64,000 nucleotides of DNA from an uncultured Alphaproteobacteria bacterium (GCA_947054455.1 CAMRWN010000001.1:4595-68594), one strand, 5' to 3'; positions 1 through 9,561 are shown, counted from the first letter of the stretch. The notes: a model not told the origin generated them from the letters alone. Made by a program: numbers and translations.

Positions 1-30
1 AATCGCCAATTTTACAGATTTTTTCATCAT
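1..30 (-). CDS. N-terminal tip of a gene continuing leftwards out of the window
   Basis: Minus-strand ATGATG at 30..25, preceded by AAGGAG (40..35). The frame stays open to position 1 (MMKKSVKLAI). Too short to name. Confidence 0.3.
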   Translation of the reverse strand, partial: MMKKSVKLAI

Positions 31-265
31 TAATCTCCTTGTATGTTGATGAAATTCCACGGCCCCCATTATTGGCAAGACCGGGGTTCGAATCCATGCC
101 GCCCATTATTGGCAACAGCATGTTTTGATGACACGAACATAAATAGGATGCCATTCCTTAGGAATAATGTCAAAAAAACTTTTATCTTGACACATGGGTT
201 GAAAAGTCGTATGCGCCGCCCTATCTATGTAATATAAGGAAAAAACACATCCAAAGGTGGTAAAA

Positions 266-805
266 ATGAATGATAATTTTCAGCAAGCCATGACACTGGT
301 CAGCGGTCAAACGCCACAAAAAGCCCAAGAAAAACAGCTGACACCTGAAGATAAAAAGAAAATATACGACGCATATTTCCAACTATATTACAATCTGACA
401 CTGGTCAATTGGTTAAAGGGCGGCGGTCTGGGCCAGGCATGGTTCAAGGCATTACAACAATTAAAATCGTTTGTTTCATCAAAAAAAACCGAAAATCCCG
501 CCGCTATGTATATGCATAAAATGTACGCCGCGCATAATACACGCTGGTCTAAAATACTTATGACCCACCCATACAAAGATGAAACAATTAAATGCCCAAC
601 GGATAAAAAACAAGAATGGGAAAAAACTGCCTCTAAAAACATAAACTCCGGCTTAGGTGTATTAAATGAACATCTAAAGAAATATGAAACGAAGCAATCA
701 CAAACCCAAAAACCAGAATCTGTCTTTATATCCACCCAGAAACAAATGCAGATGATTTTGCAATGGCAAATGCAGCAAAAGACGCGCGGTGCAAAGACCT
801 CCTAA
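266..805 (+). CDS. hypothetical Lys/Gln-rich protein
   Basis: Long ORF (track 257..805). The ATG at 266 follows a GGTGG SD-like motif. A hairpin plus T-run terminator lies just downstream. No family recognised. Confidence 0.55.
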   Translation: MNDNFQQAMTLVSGQTPQKAQEKQLTPEDKKKIYDAYFQLYYNLTLVNWLKGGGLGQAWFKALQQLKSFVSSKKTENPAAMYMHKMYAAHNTRWSKILMTHPYKDETIKCPTDKKQEWEKTASKNINSGLGVLNEHLKKYETKQSQTQKPESVFISTQKQMQMILQWQMQQKTRGAKTS

Positions 806-812
806 TAAAAGA

Positions 813-838
813 AAGCCATCTGAAGACAGATGGCTTTT
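813..838 (+). terminator. rho-independent terminator
   Basis: agccatctg/cagatggct stem with a 4-nt loop, followed by TTTT. Confidence 0.7.
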
Positions 839-943
839 TACAACTTGCAAAAACATTCTGTGGCATTATACTACTGTAAAAGAACAGGAAAAAGTATGCC
901 TAAACCAAACCAACGATTGGATTTGGTAAAAAAGGAGAGTTAA

Positions 944-1561
944 ATGCAGCAGAAATCTAACCTTTTGATAAGAAGCAAGACCGCTAATCCAATCGTTCGT
1001 TTGGTTATGGCAGTTTCAGTATTCACTGTGTGCACACCAATACATGCTGAAACGTTATGTGCATATATACATAGCACATATGGTTTTTTAAGAGAATCAG
1101 AAAACTCACCAACCAAGGCGTGCATAGAAGGAACATATGATTTCTATGGGACGAATAAATATGTCCAATTTGAAAACTATAATTATGTTTGCGTTTCATA
1201 CAGCAGTGCAATAACCGACTCCTTAGATCATACATATTTGCAAAATTGTTCTGTACAAACATCTACATACAAGTGCGACAGCAACCACTATTATTCTGCA
1301 AATGGTTGTTATGAATGCTCAACAGGCAGCGCTGGCTCTTCCGGCGGCATGCATACAAATAAAGCATGCAACTTTTGCCTCAACACGTATTATTACAATG
1401 GCTCCTCATGTACAAAATGCCCAGATGATGGGAATAATATAATAACAACCAATGGTCCTGCATACAAACCTTCTATTGAAGATTGTTGTCTTGCCTATCA
1501 GACCAGCAATGACGGAACCGGCACATTTACACTAAATGACCCATCTTGCTGTTATAAATAA
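944..1561 (+). CDS. secreted cysteine-rich protein, unknown function
   Basis: AAGGAG 8 nt upstream of the ATG. Hydrophobic signal-like N-terminus (AVSVFTVCTPIHA). More than 20 Cys in CxxC / C-x-G-x-Y-type spacing (CYECSTGS, CNFCLNTYYYNGSSCTKCP). Confidence 0.7.
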   Translation: MQQKSNLLIRSKTANPIVRLVMAVSVFTVCTPIHAETLCAYIHSTYGFLRESENSPTKACIEGTYDFYGTNKYVQFENYNYVCVSYSSAITDSLDHTYLQNCSVQTSTYKCDSNHYYSANGCYECSTGSAGSSGGMHTNKACNFCLNTYYYNGSSCTKCPDDGNNIITTNGPAYKPSIEDCCLAYQTSNDGTGTFTLNDPSCCYK

Positions 1562-1562
1562 T

Positions 1563-2807
1563 TTACTTATGCTTATACGCTAAAACATACGGGACAAATT
1601 TATCCGACGGCGCTGATAACAGCCATTTGCTCGGAATAATTATGCTGTTATGCTGTCCTGCGGCCAATTTTGGAACAATCTCGCCGGTTTTGGCATTGAT
1701 AATTTCAGGCAATTTCAATGTAAACTTATCGGCGCCCCCCGGCAACAGGAAAGTTATTTCATCATCTTTTTTTATTTCATTACGCAATTCAAATGTAATG
1801 TCTTGATTTGTAATATTTGTAATCACGCCTGCGGCCAAATAATCCGACGACGAACGCGTGGTATTATAATCATGCGCATCCGGCCCCGGACGCCCGTCAA
1901 AAAACGCCGTCGTATACCCGCGCGTCTGCAGAATATTCAAATCCGCCATAAACGGGTCGGGATTAAAATTGGCCGGGTCGGCCGCATACGCGTCCAGCGC
2001 CGCGCGATATGCACGAACAACGCTGCCGACATAATATTCGCTGCGGTTGCGGCCCTCTATCTTCAGCGAATCCGGGCCTGCGGCTATAACCTCGGCCAGG
2101 CGCGGCATCAGGCACAGGTCTTTGGAATTTAAAATATAGGCACCACGTTCATCCTGTTCCAGCGGCATTTCAACACCACTTTCGCGTTCGCGCAGCACCA
2201 CGTCGTATTTCCAACGGCACAGCTGGGCGCACGCCCCGCGGTTGGCCGGCCGGCCCGTTATGAAATTAGACAACAGACAGCGGCCCGAATAACTCATGCA
2301 CATGGCGCCGTGAACAAATATCTCCAGACCGACATCCGGACACGCCGCACGGATTGACTTGAATTCCGAATGCGATACCTCGCGCGCAAGCACGCACAGC
2401 CTTGCGCCCGCCGCCTGCCAAAACTTCACCGATGCGGCCGAACAAATATTCGCCTGGGTAGATACATGTATCGCAATGTCGGGATGATTTTCACGAACCC
2501 ACATCAAAATTCCTGGGTCAGACACAATCAATGCATCAGGCCGCAGATAATTTATCACCTCACCCACACGCGCCAAATTTGCATATTCATGGTCATGCGC
2601 AAACAGATTAAACGCCAGATACACCTTTTTACCCGCCCTGTGCGCCAGGTCTATGCCTTGTTTTACCTCTTCCGTGGTGATTTTCGCGCGTGCGCGCATT
2701 GAAAAACCAGGCAATCCGGCATAAATCGCATCCGCGCCGTACAACAGCGCGGTTCGAAACGCGTCCAGCGTACCCGCCGGCGCCAACAGTTCTGGCAATT
2801 TAACCAT
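1563..2807 (-). CDS. peptidase U32 family protein (YhbU/YegQ-like)
   Basis: 414 aa. N-terminus LLAPAGTLDAFRTALLYGADAIYAG and the motif EIFVHGAMCMSYSGRCLLS are typical of the U32 family. Confidence 0.85.
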   Translation of the reverse strand: MVKLPELLAPAGTLDAFRTALLYGADAIYAGLPGFSMRARAKITTEEVKQGIDLAHRAGKKVYLAFNLFAHDHEYANLARVGEVINYLRPDALIVSDPGILMWVRENHPDIAIHVSTQANICSAASVKFWQAAGARLCVLAREVSHSEFKSIRAACPDVGLEIFVHGAMCMSYSGRCLLSNFITGRPANRGACAQLCRWKYDVVLRERESGVEMPLEQDERGAYILNSKDLCLMPRLAEVIAAGPDSLKIEGRNRSEYYVGSVVRAYRAALDAYAADPANFNPDPFMADLNILQTRGYTTAFFDGRPGPDAHDYNTTRSSSDYLAAGVITNITNQDITFELRNEIKKDDEITFLLPGGADKFTLKLPEIINAKTGEIVPKLAAGQHNSIIIPSKWLLSAPSDKFVPYVLAYKHK

Positions 2808-2809
2808 AA

Positions 2810-3127
2810 TCAGAATTCCATCAGTTTTACCTGTCCGGGATTGTTTTCAGACGGCGACTTGTGAAAGAAATACCACATTGCCCCAACAAACACGACACCC
2901 ACCCCAACGGAAATCAGCAACAGTTCGGTATTATGATCTTTATTGCTGTGCGCCTTGGCGCCGCCGTACTGGTTGCAATATATCGGCGCGCCGTTTTCAT
3001 CGGTGCCACAAATTGCACTGGAATGACTGCCATTATTGTCAATCGCCCCATCATCGCGCGCGGCATTTGCCGGCATCGCAATCAGTAAAGCCATTGAAAC
3101 AAGCGCCATTGAAATAAATTTAGACAT
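2810..3127 (-). CDS. small exported/membrane-anchored protein
   Basis: ORF track 2810..3154. The internal ATG at 3127 has GGGGG 5 nt upstream and begins a signal peptide (MSKFISMALVSMALLIAMPANA). C-terminal TM segment. 2-nt gap to the U32 gene. Confidence 0.55.
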   Translation of the reverse strand: MSKFISMALVSMALLIAMPANAARDDGAIDNNGSHSSAICGTDENGAPIYCNQYGGAKAHSNKDHNTELLLISVGVGVVFVGAMWYFFHKSPSENNPGQVKLMEF

Positions 3128-3273
3128 GTATGCCCCCGAAATTGGTTTGACCATAATTTAATGATATCAATCGCCCTGCCCGCCCGCAAGGTTTTTATTC
3201 CGACACACAGATAGTGAATATAATCTTTTTTAGCTTGATATTTATAAAATATAGATGTATACTTTTGCCTGTC

Positions 3274-3349
3274 GCCGGTTTAGCTCAGCTGGTAGAGCGG
3301 CTGATTTGTAATCAGTAGGTCGTTGGTTCAAGTCCGACAACCGGCACCA
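3274..3349 (+). tRNA. tRNA-Thr (anticodon UGU)
   Basis: Hand-folded cloverleaf. Acceptor GCCGGTT/AACCGGC, D-loop AGCTCAGCTGGTAGAGC, anticodon stem GCTGA/TCAGT with loop TTTGTAA, T-loop GGTTCAAGTCC, encoded CCA. Confidence 0.9.
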
Positions 3350-3354
3350 GGATT

Positions 3355-3378
3355 TCCGCGAACTTTCGCGGATTTTTT
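3355..3378 (+). terminator. terminator after tRNA-Thr
   Basis: tccgcg/cgcgga hairpin followed by TTTTTT. Confidence 0.7.
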
Positions 3379-3452
3379 ATTTTTTAGTTCCGTTAATTTT
3401 CTTATATGTAGCTAATATGTAGATAAATTTGCCAATCGCATGCCGTCTTTCA

Positions 3453-3481
3453 TTGATTTTTATTACGATTTGTGGTATAAT
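3453..3481 (+). promoter_or_regulatory. sigma70-type promoter with extended -10
   Basis: TTGATT (3453-3458), 17-nt spacer, TGgTATAAT (3473-3481). Confidence 0.55.
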
Positions 3482-3497
3482 AAATAACAAGAACAAA

Positions 3498-3520
3498 GGC
3501 GACATTAGTCGCCCCTTTTT
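3498..3520 (+). terminator. terminator-like hairpin about 10 nt after the predicted start site (attenuator or tiny RNA)
   Basis: ggcgac-atta-gtcgcc followed by CCTTTTT. Lies between the promoter at 3453 and the lysozyme start at 3641. Confidence 0.4.
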
Positions 3521-3640
3521 ATTATCCCGGAAATACCAGTACATCCCAATTGCCGCTGCAGTATCACAGAGGACGTTATTGGCACCGACGGTCGCACGGT
3601 CAGCAGTAAACCGTATACACCACAGAAAAAGAAATCGACA

Positions 3641-4225
3641 ATGAATAACATATTAACAAAAGAATTAAAAGACGCACTTAAACAGCACGAAGGAGTTAAA
3701 GAGCATCCTTATTTGGACTCGAAGAGGATTTTAACCATTGGAATTGGGAATAATGTAAGCAAAGCGGAAAATTTTATGGCACTAAATTTATTGGACGCTA
3801 AAGACGGCCATACTTTAAGTGTTGAAGAAAAAGAAAGTCTGTACGCCCAGATAATGTCCGATATTCAATCGAACAGTTTTTCAGAGAAAAATTATTCGCA
3901 ATATCATGTTCCAACGGCAGAAATAGAAAATAAATTCAATCAGCAACTGGAACAATCGTATCACGAACTGGAAAGAAAGATTCCCGACTTTCAGGCATTG
4001 CCGATATCGGTACAACAGGCTTTATTGGATATGCAGTTTAATATGGGCAATTCCGCCTTTCAGCCGACAGCGCAAACAATCCAAGGTCGCACGTATTTAG
4101 GATGGCCAAAATTGTTCGATGCCATAAAACGCCATGATTGGTCAACTGCTGCAAAAGAATCCAGGCGCAAGGACGTCCAGCCCGACAGAAACCAATGGAC
4201 ATATAATAAATTTATACAGGCATAA
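3641..4225 (+). CDS. GH24 (T4/lambda-type) lysozyme
   Basis: N-terminal LKQHEGVKEHPYLDSKRILTIGIGNNV matches the E...D...T-I-G-x-G catalytic region of phage lysozymes. No signal peptide. Confidence 0.75.
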   Translation: MNNILTKELKDALKQHEGVKEHPYLDSKRILTIGIGNNVSKAENFMALNLLDAKDGHTLSVEEKESLYAQIMSDIQSNSFSEKNYSQYHVPTAEIENKFNQQLEQSYHELERKIPDFQALPISVQQALLDMQFNMGNSAFQPTAQTIQGRTYLGWPKLFDAIKRHDWSTAAKESRRKDVQPDRNQWTYNKFIQA

Positions 4226-4282
4226 GAATTCGATTGCATCTTCTTAATCTAAATGATACTATCTTTTTAAAAAGAGAGCGAT

Positions 4283-4768
4283 GTGCGCTGCGGTGTTTGT
4301 ATATTTAATATTTTGTATTTATTAATAATACCTTTTTCTGTATTTGGAAACAGTTTATTGTTAGCCGAAAATAAATGGGCATCGTGCGATTATTATGATA
4401 ACAACACCAAGAAAATTATTCATGAAGATTGTGAAGGCAGTAAAATCCAAATAGCAAGCTGCTCTGATGACACATGTTTTTTCCAAGCAAACTTTAATCA
4501 TGGCAATCCATGGAATTCTGAATGCATTATGTGGGGAAAGTTAAAATTGAATTCCGCAGACAAGGCATATGGAACCGCTATTGCAGAATATCGCAGTCGT
4601 GGCATGGATAACAGAAAATACGAAGATTGTGAGCTAGAATTTAGTATACATAATGGCATTTTACAAATTTCCATAATATCTGGCTGTGATAAGTACTGTA
4701 CCCCAAAAGAATTTGAATTCTACAACACTTATCATATTGATAACACCGGGGGTGCGGTAACTATGTAG
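4283..4768 (+). CDS. secreted Cys-rich protein (candidate lysozyme immunity/inhibitor)
   Basis: GTG start. Hydrophobic N-terminal signal (ILYLLIIPFSVFGNSLLLA) and 9 Cys after the predicted signal peptide (11 in the ORF). Lies 57 nt downstream of the lysozyme on the same strand. The function is inferred only from position. Confidence 0.5.
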   Translation: MRCGVCIFNILYLLIIPFSVFGNSLLLAENKWASCDYYDNNTKKIIHEDCEGSKIQIASCSDDTCFFQANFNHGNPWNSECIMWGKLKLNSADKAYGTAIAEYRSRGMDNRKYEDCELEFSIHNGILQISIISGCDKYCTPKEFEFYNTYHIDNTGGAVTM

Positions 4769-4913
4769 GTTGTTTTTGTATTGCGAACCTACGTTTGCTT
4801 GCCTGCTGTTGATTGTTTGCATTCTTTGAGTTGAATGGTGTGTTGTTCCATTTGTATAGTAGGTCGCGCCAAGCGCCACTGATTAATATTGCGTATAATT
4901 ATTGCCGGAGCAT

Positions 4914-4939
4914 AAAAAAATCCCCCGCCGGGGCGGGGG
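4914..4939 (-). terminator. terminator of the 4949..5509 gene
   Basis: cccccgcc/ggcggggg hairpin. The A7 at 4914-4920 is the T-run on the minus strand. Confidence 0.7.
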
Positions 4940-4948
4940 TAAATGCGG

Positions 4949-5509
4949 TTATCTTTTCTTTTTCGACACAGTTTTCGTGTGGCTTCTGGACTGCGATTTA
5001 ACGCTGAACTGGGCCTTGGAACGCGAAGGCATTTCATCTTCGTCGTCATCTTCCTCTTCTTCGTCCATGTCCCACGCCGCATCATAGCCGTCTTTGTCGG
5101 CAACACCGCGGATTTTATCAAATGTATTGCGTACGCGCGGATGCGTCGAGACATATTTTTCAATCCCGACAACCAGCGCGGCGGCAATCATTTTTTCCAA
5201 ATCCTTGGTCGATACATTCTCGGACACACGGTCGCGAACCGTCGATACGATGCCGCGAACGGCGCCGCGCGCCTTGTACATCAATGAATGACGATGACGC
5301 ACGCCGTCGACAATCGACATAATCCACATCGCAATCAGGTACACAACCGCCGGAACCGCAAAGCAAACGATGAAATATTTATACACGCTGTCCATGCAGA
5401 ACGAGCCTGAAAACATAGCATCACATACCCTGGGCGAATGCAGCATCATAACCGCAATGATTTCATACAAAATAAAGATTGTTGAACAGATTCTGAATCT
5501 TAAAAACAT
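4949..5509 (-). CDS. membrane protein with an acidic/basic C-terminal tail
   Basis: ORF track 4949..5611. The ATG at 5509 has AAGGAGG 9 nt upstream. Several hydrophobic (predicted TM) segments, then DMDEEEEDDDEDE and a Ser/Lys tail. Confidence 0.55.
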   Translation of the reverse strand: MFLRFRICSTIFILYEIIAVMMLHSPRVCDAMFSGSFCMDSVYKYFIVCFAVPAVVYLIAMWIMSIVDGVRHRHSLMYKARGAVRGIVSTVRDRVSENVSTKDLEKMIAAALVVGIEKYVSTHPRVRNTFDKIRGVADKDGYDAAWDMDEEEEDDDEDEMPSRSKAQFSVKSQSRSHTKTVSKKKR

Positions 5510-5630
5510 TTTTGTTTCCTCCTTTATCATAATTGTGTCGGAAATGGGCGATAAAATCATCAGGAACGAATGCCAATCACGCATAAATAAAGCCCGCAAA
5601 AATGCGGGCAAAATTTAAAAACCGAAAAAA

Positions 5631-6380
5631 CTATTGCGCGTCCTGCGCGGCATCGTGCAGTTCTTGGGCGCGGGCCGCCGTCTCAATCTGCAGCAGCTGG
5701 TTTTCCAACGCCGTGCGTTCCGACGACTTGTATCCGGTTTCTGGTGCATCCTCTGCGGGCGCGGCCGCATCACCACGTGGCGCACCGGCGCCACCGTCGG
5801 CCACCGCCGGATTAATCAGATTGTTATAGATTTCCATAACCTCCTGAACGCCGGTCATATCGCGCGCCAGCAATTTGTTTTCAGGCCCGGGAATAAACCA
5901 CTGGTCCAGTTTTATCGCCGTCAACTGCATTATCGGACGTGTACGCGCATCCGCAATCCAGCGCGGCAGACGCGGCGCATCGGAATAGTACCACAGCGCA
6001 ATCCAATATACCGCCCCCATAATGACAACGCCGCGGATAATTCCGAATATAACCCCCAGCGTGCGGTCCGTGACGCGCATAACACTGTCCTGGATTTTAT
6101 CGCGCAATTTCTGGTTAAAGAACCCGACCAGCAGCAATATCGCAAAAAACACGATAAAATAAGACGCGACAAGCGTGCCGACCGTAGATTCAGACAATCC
6201 GAACCATCCCTGCAGCAATCCGTCCAGCACAGGCGATGCAAATCGCGCGGCAACGGCGGCCGCCACCCAAGAGAGCGTCGCAATCGTTTCAAAAACACCG
6301 CCGCGTATTGTCGCCCATATTGTGGACGCCAAAACAACGCCCACATATATGTAATCAAGTATCGTTAAATCTAGCATCAT
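5631..6380 (-). CDS. cvpA: CvpA family membrane protein
   Basis: N-terminus DYIYVGVVLASTIWATIRGGVFETIATLSWVAAAVAARF and a 4-TM layout resemble CvpA. The C-terminal extension is Ala/Gly-rich. Confidence 0.7.
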   Translation of the reverse strand: MMLDLTILDYIYVGVVLASTIWATIRGGVFETIATLSWVAAAVAARFASPVLDGLLQGWFGLSESTVGTLVASYFIVFFAILLLVGFFNQKLRDKIQDSVMRVTDRTLGVIFGIIRGVVIMGAVYWIALWYYSDAPRLPRWIADARTRPIMQLTAIKLDQWFIPGPENKLLARDMTGVQEVMEIYNNLINPAVADGGAGAPRGDAAAPAEDAPETGYKSSERTALENQLLQIETAARAQELHDAAQDAQ

Positions 6381-6399
6381 ATCAATTCAAGCAAATTGT

Positions 6400-6969
6400 T
6401 TATTTCTTTCCGCCGTCTTTTTTAATCAGCACAAAACCCAACGCCGCAACCAGCGCAATCAGCAAACCGTAAAACAACAGGTTTGATTCACCCTCTGTTT
6501 TTTTTTCAACAACCGCGGCCGCGTTGTATTCCGACACCGCATTGGCACGTTTTGCATTCGCCGCCTTGAATTCATCGGCATTTTCCGCCATCGCGTTCTT
6601 GTTTTCCGCAGCCGTCTGCTTTTGCGCGTCGGACATGTCCGCCTCTACCGCTTCGCGCAGTTCGGCCTGCATGAAATCCGCATATCCCTGAAAGCATTTT
6701 TCACCGATTACGATAACCGGAACACCGCCTGATTCATATTCGCATTTCGCCAGCGTATCCTGGAATTTCGGCAGGTTCGCCTGTTCCATTACATTAACGT
6801 TGCTGACCGTGATTTCCGGATATTCATAGACCAGCGTGCCTTCGATAAATTCGCGCGCATGATGACAATGCGGGCATGTCGGCGAATAATAAACCGTGAT
6901 GTTCGCCGCGGACGCCGCACCGATGAACGCCAGGCCGAAAAACGCAGCCAAGAATGATAATTTCTTCAT
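6400..6969 (-). CDS. exported thioredoxin/glutaredoxin-fold protein with C-terminal TM anchor
   Basis: Signal peptide, CPHC redox motif, GGVPVIVIG, C-terminal hydrophobic helix plus KKDGGKK. Confidence 0.7.
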   Translation of the reverse strand: MKKLSFLAAFFGLAFIGAASAANITVYYSPTCPHCHHAREFIEGTLVYEYPEITVSNVNVMEQANLPKFQDTLAKCEYESGGVPVIVIGEKCFQGYADFMQAELREAVEADMSDAQKQTAAENKNAMAENADEFKAANAKRANAVSEYNAAAVVEKKTEGESNLLFYGLLIALVAALGFVLIKKDGGKK

Positions 6970-7111
6970 ATTTTCTCCTTTTTACGGTTTGATTATAGAA
7001 ATCCGCGCGCGACGGTGCAAGACCTTTTTACATTCGCGGCGCGCAAAATTTTCCTGTTGTGTTTTGCGCGCCCTGCATGCACAATGAACAAAACCACCAA
7101 GGGGGCAAATA

Positions 7112-7693
7112 ATGTATTCACTGACACAGTTTCCGTTGCCGTATGACCGTGAGGCACTGGCACCATATATGTCCGGAACGACACTGGACTTTCACCACGG
7201 CCGTCATTTGGCGACATACATCAGCACACTTAACGACCTGATTGCTGACACAGAATATGCGGGTATGCCGCTGAACGAAATAATTGTTCAGGCGGCGAAC
7301 CGTGGCGCGCAAAAGATATTTAACAACGCAGCCCAGGTGTTCAACCACAACTTTTTCTTCCACTGCCTGCGTCGGGGCGAAGGCCACATTCCCGACGAAA
7401 TCGCATCCGCATTCGGCGGGGCTGACAATTTCCGCACGGAATTTAAAAAGGCGGCGTCCGGCGTGTTCGGCAGCGGATGGACCTGGCTGGTACGCGACGG
7501 GGATGAAATAAAAATCATTACAACCGCAAACGCGGACACGCCCATTGCACACGGGATTCGCCCGTTGCTGACCCTGGACGTATGGGAGCATGCATACTAC
7601 CTGGACTATCAGAACAGACGCGCCGATTTCATAGACGCATTTCTGGACCACTTGATAAACTGGGACTTTGTATTGGAAAACATGGCGTTATAA
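7112..7693 (+). CDS. sodB: Fe/Mn superoxide dismutase
   Basis: LPYDREALAPYMS, FHHGRH, DVWEHAYYLDYQNRR signature. Confidence 0.93.
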   Translation: MYSLTQFPLPYDREALAPYMSGTTLDFHHGRHLATYISTLNDLIADTEYAGMPLNEIIVQAANRGAQKIFNNAAQVFNHNFFFHCLRRGEGHIPDEIASAFGGADNFRTEFKKAASGVFGSGWTWLVRDGDEIKIITTANADTPIAHGIRPLLTLDVWEHAYYLDYQNRRADFIDAFLDHLINWDFVLENMAL

Positions 7694-7720
7694 AAAAACG
7701 GGGCGCGCACCCCGTTTTTT
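7692..7720. terminator. bidirectional terminator
   Basis: A-run, cgggg/ccccg hairpin, T-run, between convergent genes. Confidence 0.7.
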
Positions 7721-9101
7721 AATATCTGTCATAAATGACCGGCGACTTGTTTATTGTATAAATACGACCGTCGTTGTCCGTGTTGTAATATACATAAACT
7801 ACGTTTGCAGGCCCCATTGCGTCCCACGGGTTAAAGTTCCCAATGACCTGGCGCGTCGTATTGTGGGTAAAGACGGAATGAAACGTATTGTCAAACACGC
7901 GGGTATAATTGTCGGCAAACGACGGGCTGGACACCATGTTCATGACAATTACGCCACCCGGTGCGACGCGTGATTTTATACGCTGCATGAATTCCGCCGT
8001 AATCAGGGATTCCGGCACCTGGTAAGAGTTTGAATATACATCCAGCAAAATCAAATCGTATTCCAGCGGCGTGTTCTTTAAGAACTGGCTGGCATCCTGA
8101 ACGACGAATTTCTTGTTCGGCGTCAGGCGGCGTCCCAGAAACATTTTTTCAGACACGTTTTTAAGCGTGTGTTCTATATCCACAAACGTATAGTCGTTAA
8201 ACTTATCATCCAGTCCGGCTGTAAATCCACCCGCCCCCAAAACCAATATGCGGCGCACGCGGTCTGTGGGCATGTTGTATATAAAATTGTCATTCACATA
8301 ATTTATGTATTCGGCGGATTTGCCGGTTTTCGGATAATAAATAGACATCGGCAGCCCGTTCATATACAGCACGCGCGCATCACCCTGCTGATTAACGGAT
8401 ATTGTGGAATTGGCGTTGTTTACGATTATGCCAAAGTGCGTACGCTGGTATAGATCACTGTTTATAAACAATGCGCCCGCCACCACGGCGACACACAACG
8501 CCCACACCCACCAACGACGCCAGCAAACCAATGCGCCGGCTGTCGCCAGCAGACAAATCAGCACAACCGTATGGTTCACCCCAATGAACGGCATCAATAT
8601 CAGCGTCGTCGCCAGCGAACCAAAAACCGACCCGATTGTATCCCACGCCATTATGTTGCCGGTGTAATTGGTGTTGTACTTATGCAGCATACGCGACAGC
8701 AGCGTCGTGTTGAATCCGAACAGGAACGGCCCCACCGACAAGGCCAGCCCAGAATAAATAAATGTTTGAACAACGCCCGAAGTTATGCCGCCCCGATACA
8801 TCCACATAAAATAACGGGTAATCAGCGGGAAACTGGCGACCAATATCGTCAAAGCGGCAATTACCAGAAAACTGAGGCACAGCAGACGGCGCATTTTTAC
8901 CCCGCCGACCCGGCGCGCCCCGCCCAGAAAATACCCCAGCGACATGAATCCCAGAAATGTTCCCATAATAATGCTGGTGATGACGGCGCCGGAACCGACA
9001 TAGAACCCCAGCTGGCGCAGCACGACCAATTCCAGCGACAGACTGACATATCCGTTGAGAAAAATCAGAAATACCAGCCACGCGCGTAATTTGTTTGTCA
9101 T
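7719..9101 (-). CDS. fused membrane domain / spermidine synthase-like methyltransferase-fold protein
   Basis: About 7 TM helices, then a class-I MTase/aminopropyltransferase-like region (ILVLGAGGFTAG, DLILLDVYS). The ATG at 9101 has GGGGGAA upstream. Confidence 0.7.
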   Translation of the reverse strand: MTNKLRAWLVFLIFLNGYVSLSLELVVLRQLGFYVGSGAVITSIIMGTFLGFMSLGYFLGGARRVGGVKMRRLLCLSFLVIAALTILVASFPLITRYFMWMYRGGITSGVVQTFIYSGLALSVGPFLFGFNTTLLSRMLHKYNTNYTGNIMAWDTIGSVFGSLATTLILMPFIGVNHTVVLICLLATAGALVCWRRWWVWALCVAVVAGALFINSDLYQRTHFGIIVNNANSTISVNQQGDARVLYMNGLPMSIYYPKTGKSAEYINYVNDNFIYNMPTDRVRRILVLGAGGFTAGLDDKFNDYTFVDIEHTLKNVSEKMFLGRRLTPNKKFVVQDASQFLKNTPLEYDLILLDVYSNSYQVPESLITAEFMQRIKSRVAPGGVIVMNMVSSPSFADNYTRVFDNTFHSVFTHNTTRQVIGNFNPWDAMGPANVVYVYYNTDNDGRIYTINKSPVIYDRY

Positions 9102-9166
9102 TTGTTTTCCCCCGTACAATATACGCGCATGTTAATAAATTTTAACCGCCGCAGCAACGGCAAATT

Positions 9167-9466
9167 TCATTTTGCATGCAGCAGTCGAACATCGTCGAAT
9201 TCTGAATAACGGCCGAACATCGCCCCCGCAAACGGACACAGGGCGATAATTTTTCTGTTCTGACTACGCGCCAAGTCGCAAACCCGCCGCACCAGATTCA
9301 ACCCTATGCCGGAATTGCGATAGTCGTCGTGAACAGCGGTGTGTTCAATTATAAACTTGTCAATGCCGACACGCACAAATGTTATTTCACCAACATTGCG
9401 TCCGTCGCATTCTGCATAGAATCCCTGTCCGTCTGAAAACAAATTATATTTTATATCACGCGCCAT
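9167..9466 (-). CDS. small GNAT (YjdJ-type) N-acetyltransferase
   Basis: About 99 aa. HTAVHDDYRNSGIGLNLV and ALCPFA near the C-terminus are typical of the YjdJ-like GNAT family. Confidence 0.7.
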   Translation of the reverse strand: MARDIKYNLFSDGQGFYAECDGRNVGEITFVRVGIDKFIIEHTAVHDDYRNSGIGLNLVRRVCDLARSQNRKIIALCPFAGAMFGRYSEFDDVRLLHAK

Positions 9467-9561
9467 GAATACCCCCATGCATTACCATGATAGCATGCGA
9501 CGAATACAATATAAATATGATTATCTTCCAAAAATCGGGGGCGACGGCGCTGGATAAAAAA

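Noticed and set aside
61-116. A tRNA-like T-loop (ggggttcgaatcc) flanked by a 14-bp direct repeat, cccattattggcaa (65-78 and 102-115). This could be a tRNA or an att remnant.
   Set aside because: No acceptor, D or anticodon arms can be folded, and the T-stem does not pair. At most it is a degraded tRNA fragment, and it is too close to the window edge to interpret.
3429-3644. A 71-aa ORF upstream of the lysozyme gene.
   Set aside because: It spans a promoter and a terminator-like hairpin, has no RBS and an implausible sequence. The region is better explained as a regulatory leader.
4780-4915. I looked for a direct repeat of the tRNA-Thr 3' end that would delimit the lysozyme islet (ttgccggagca at 4903-4913 versus aaccggcacca at 3339-3349).
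   Set aside because: Only about 7 of 11 bases match, which is not distinguishable from chance. The islet boundaries therefore rest on composition and context only.
5634-6368. Long antisense ORFs opposite real genes (for example 5634..6368 +, 9572..10261 +, 16364..17239 -, 22608..23774 +, 27051..27878 +, 57685..58524 +, 61345..62019 +).
   Set aside because: These are shadow ORFs in GC-rich coding DNA. Their composition is Arg/Pro/Ala/Gly/His-heavy, they lack RBSs, and the opposite strand carries a confidently identified gene.
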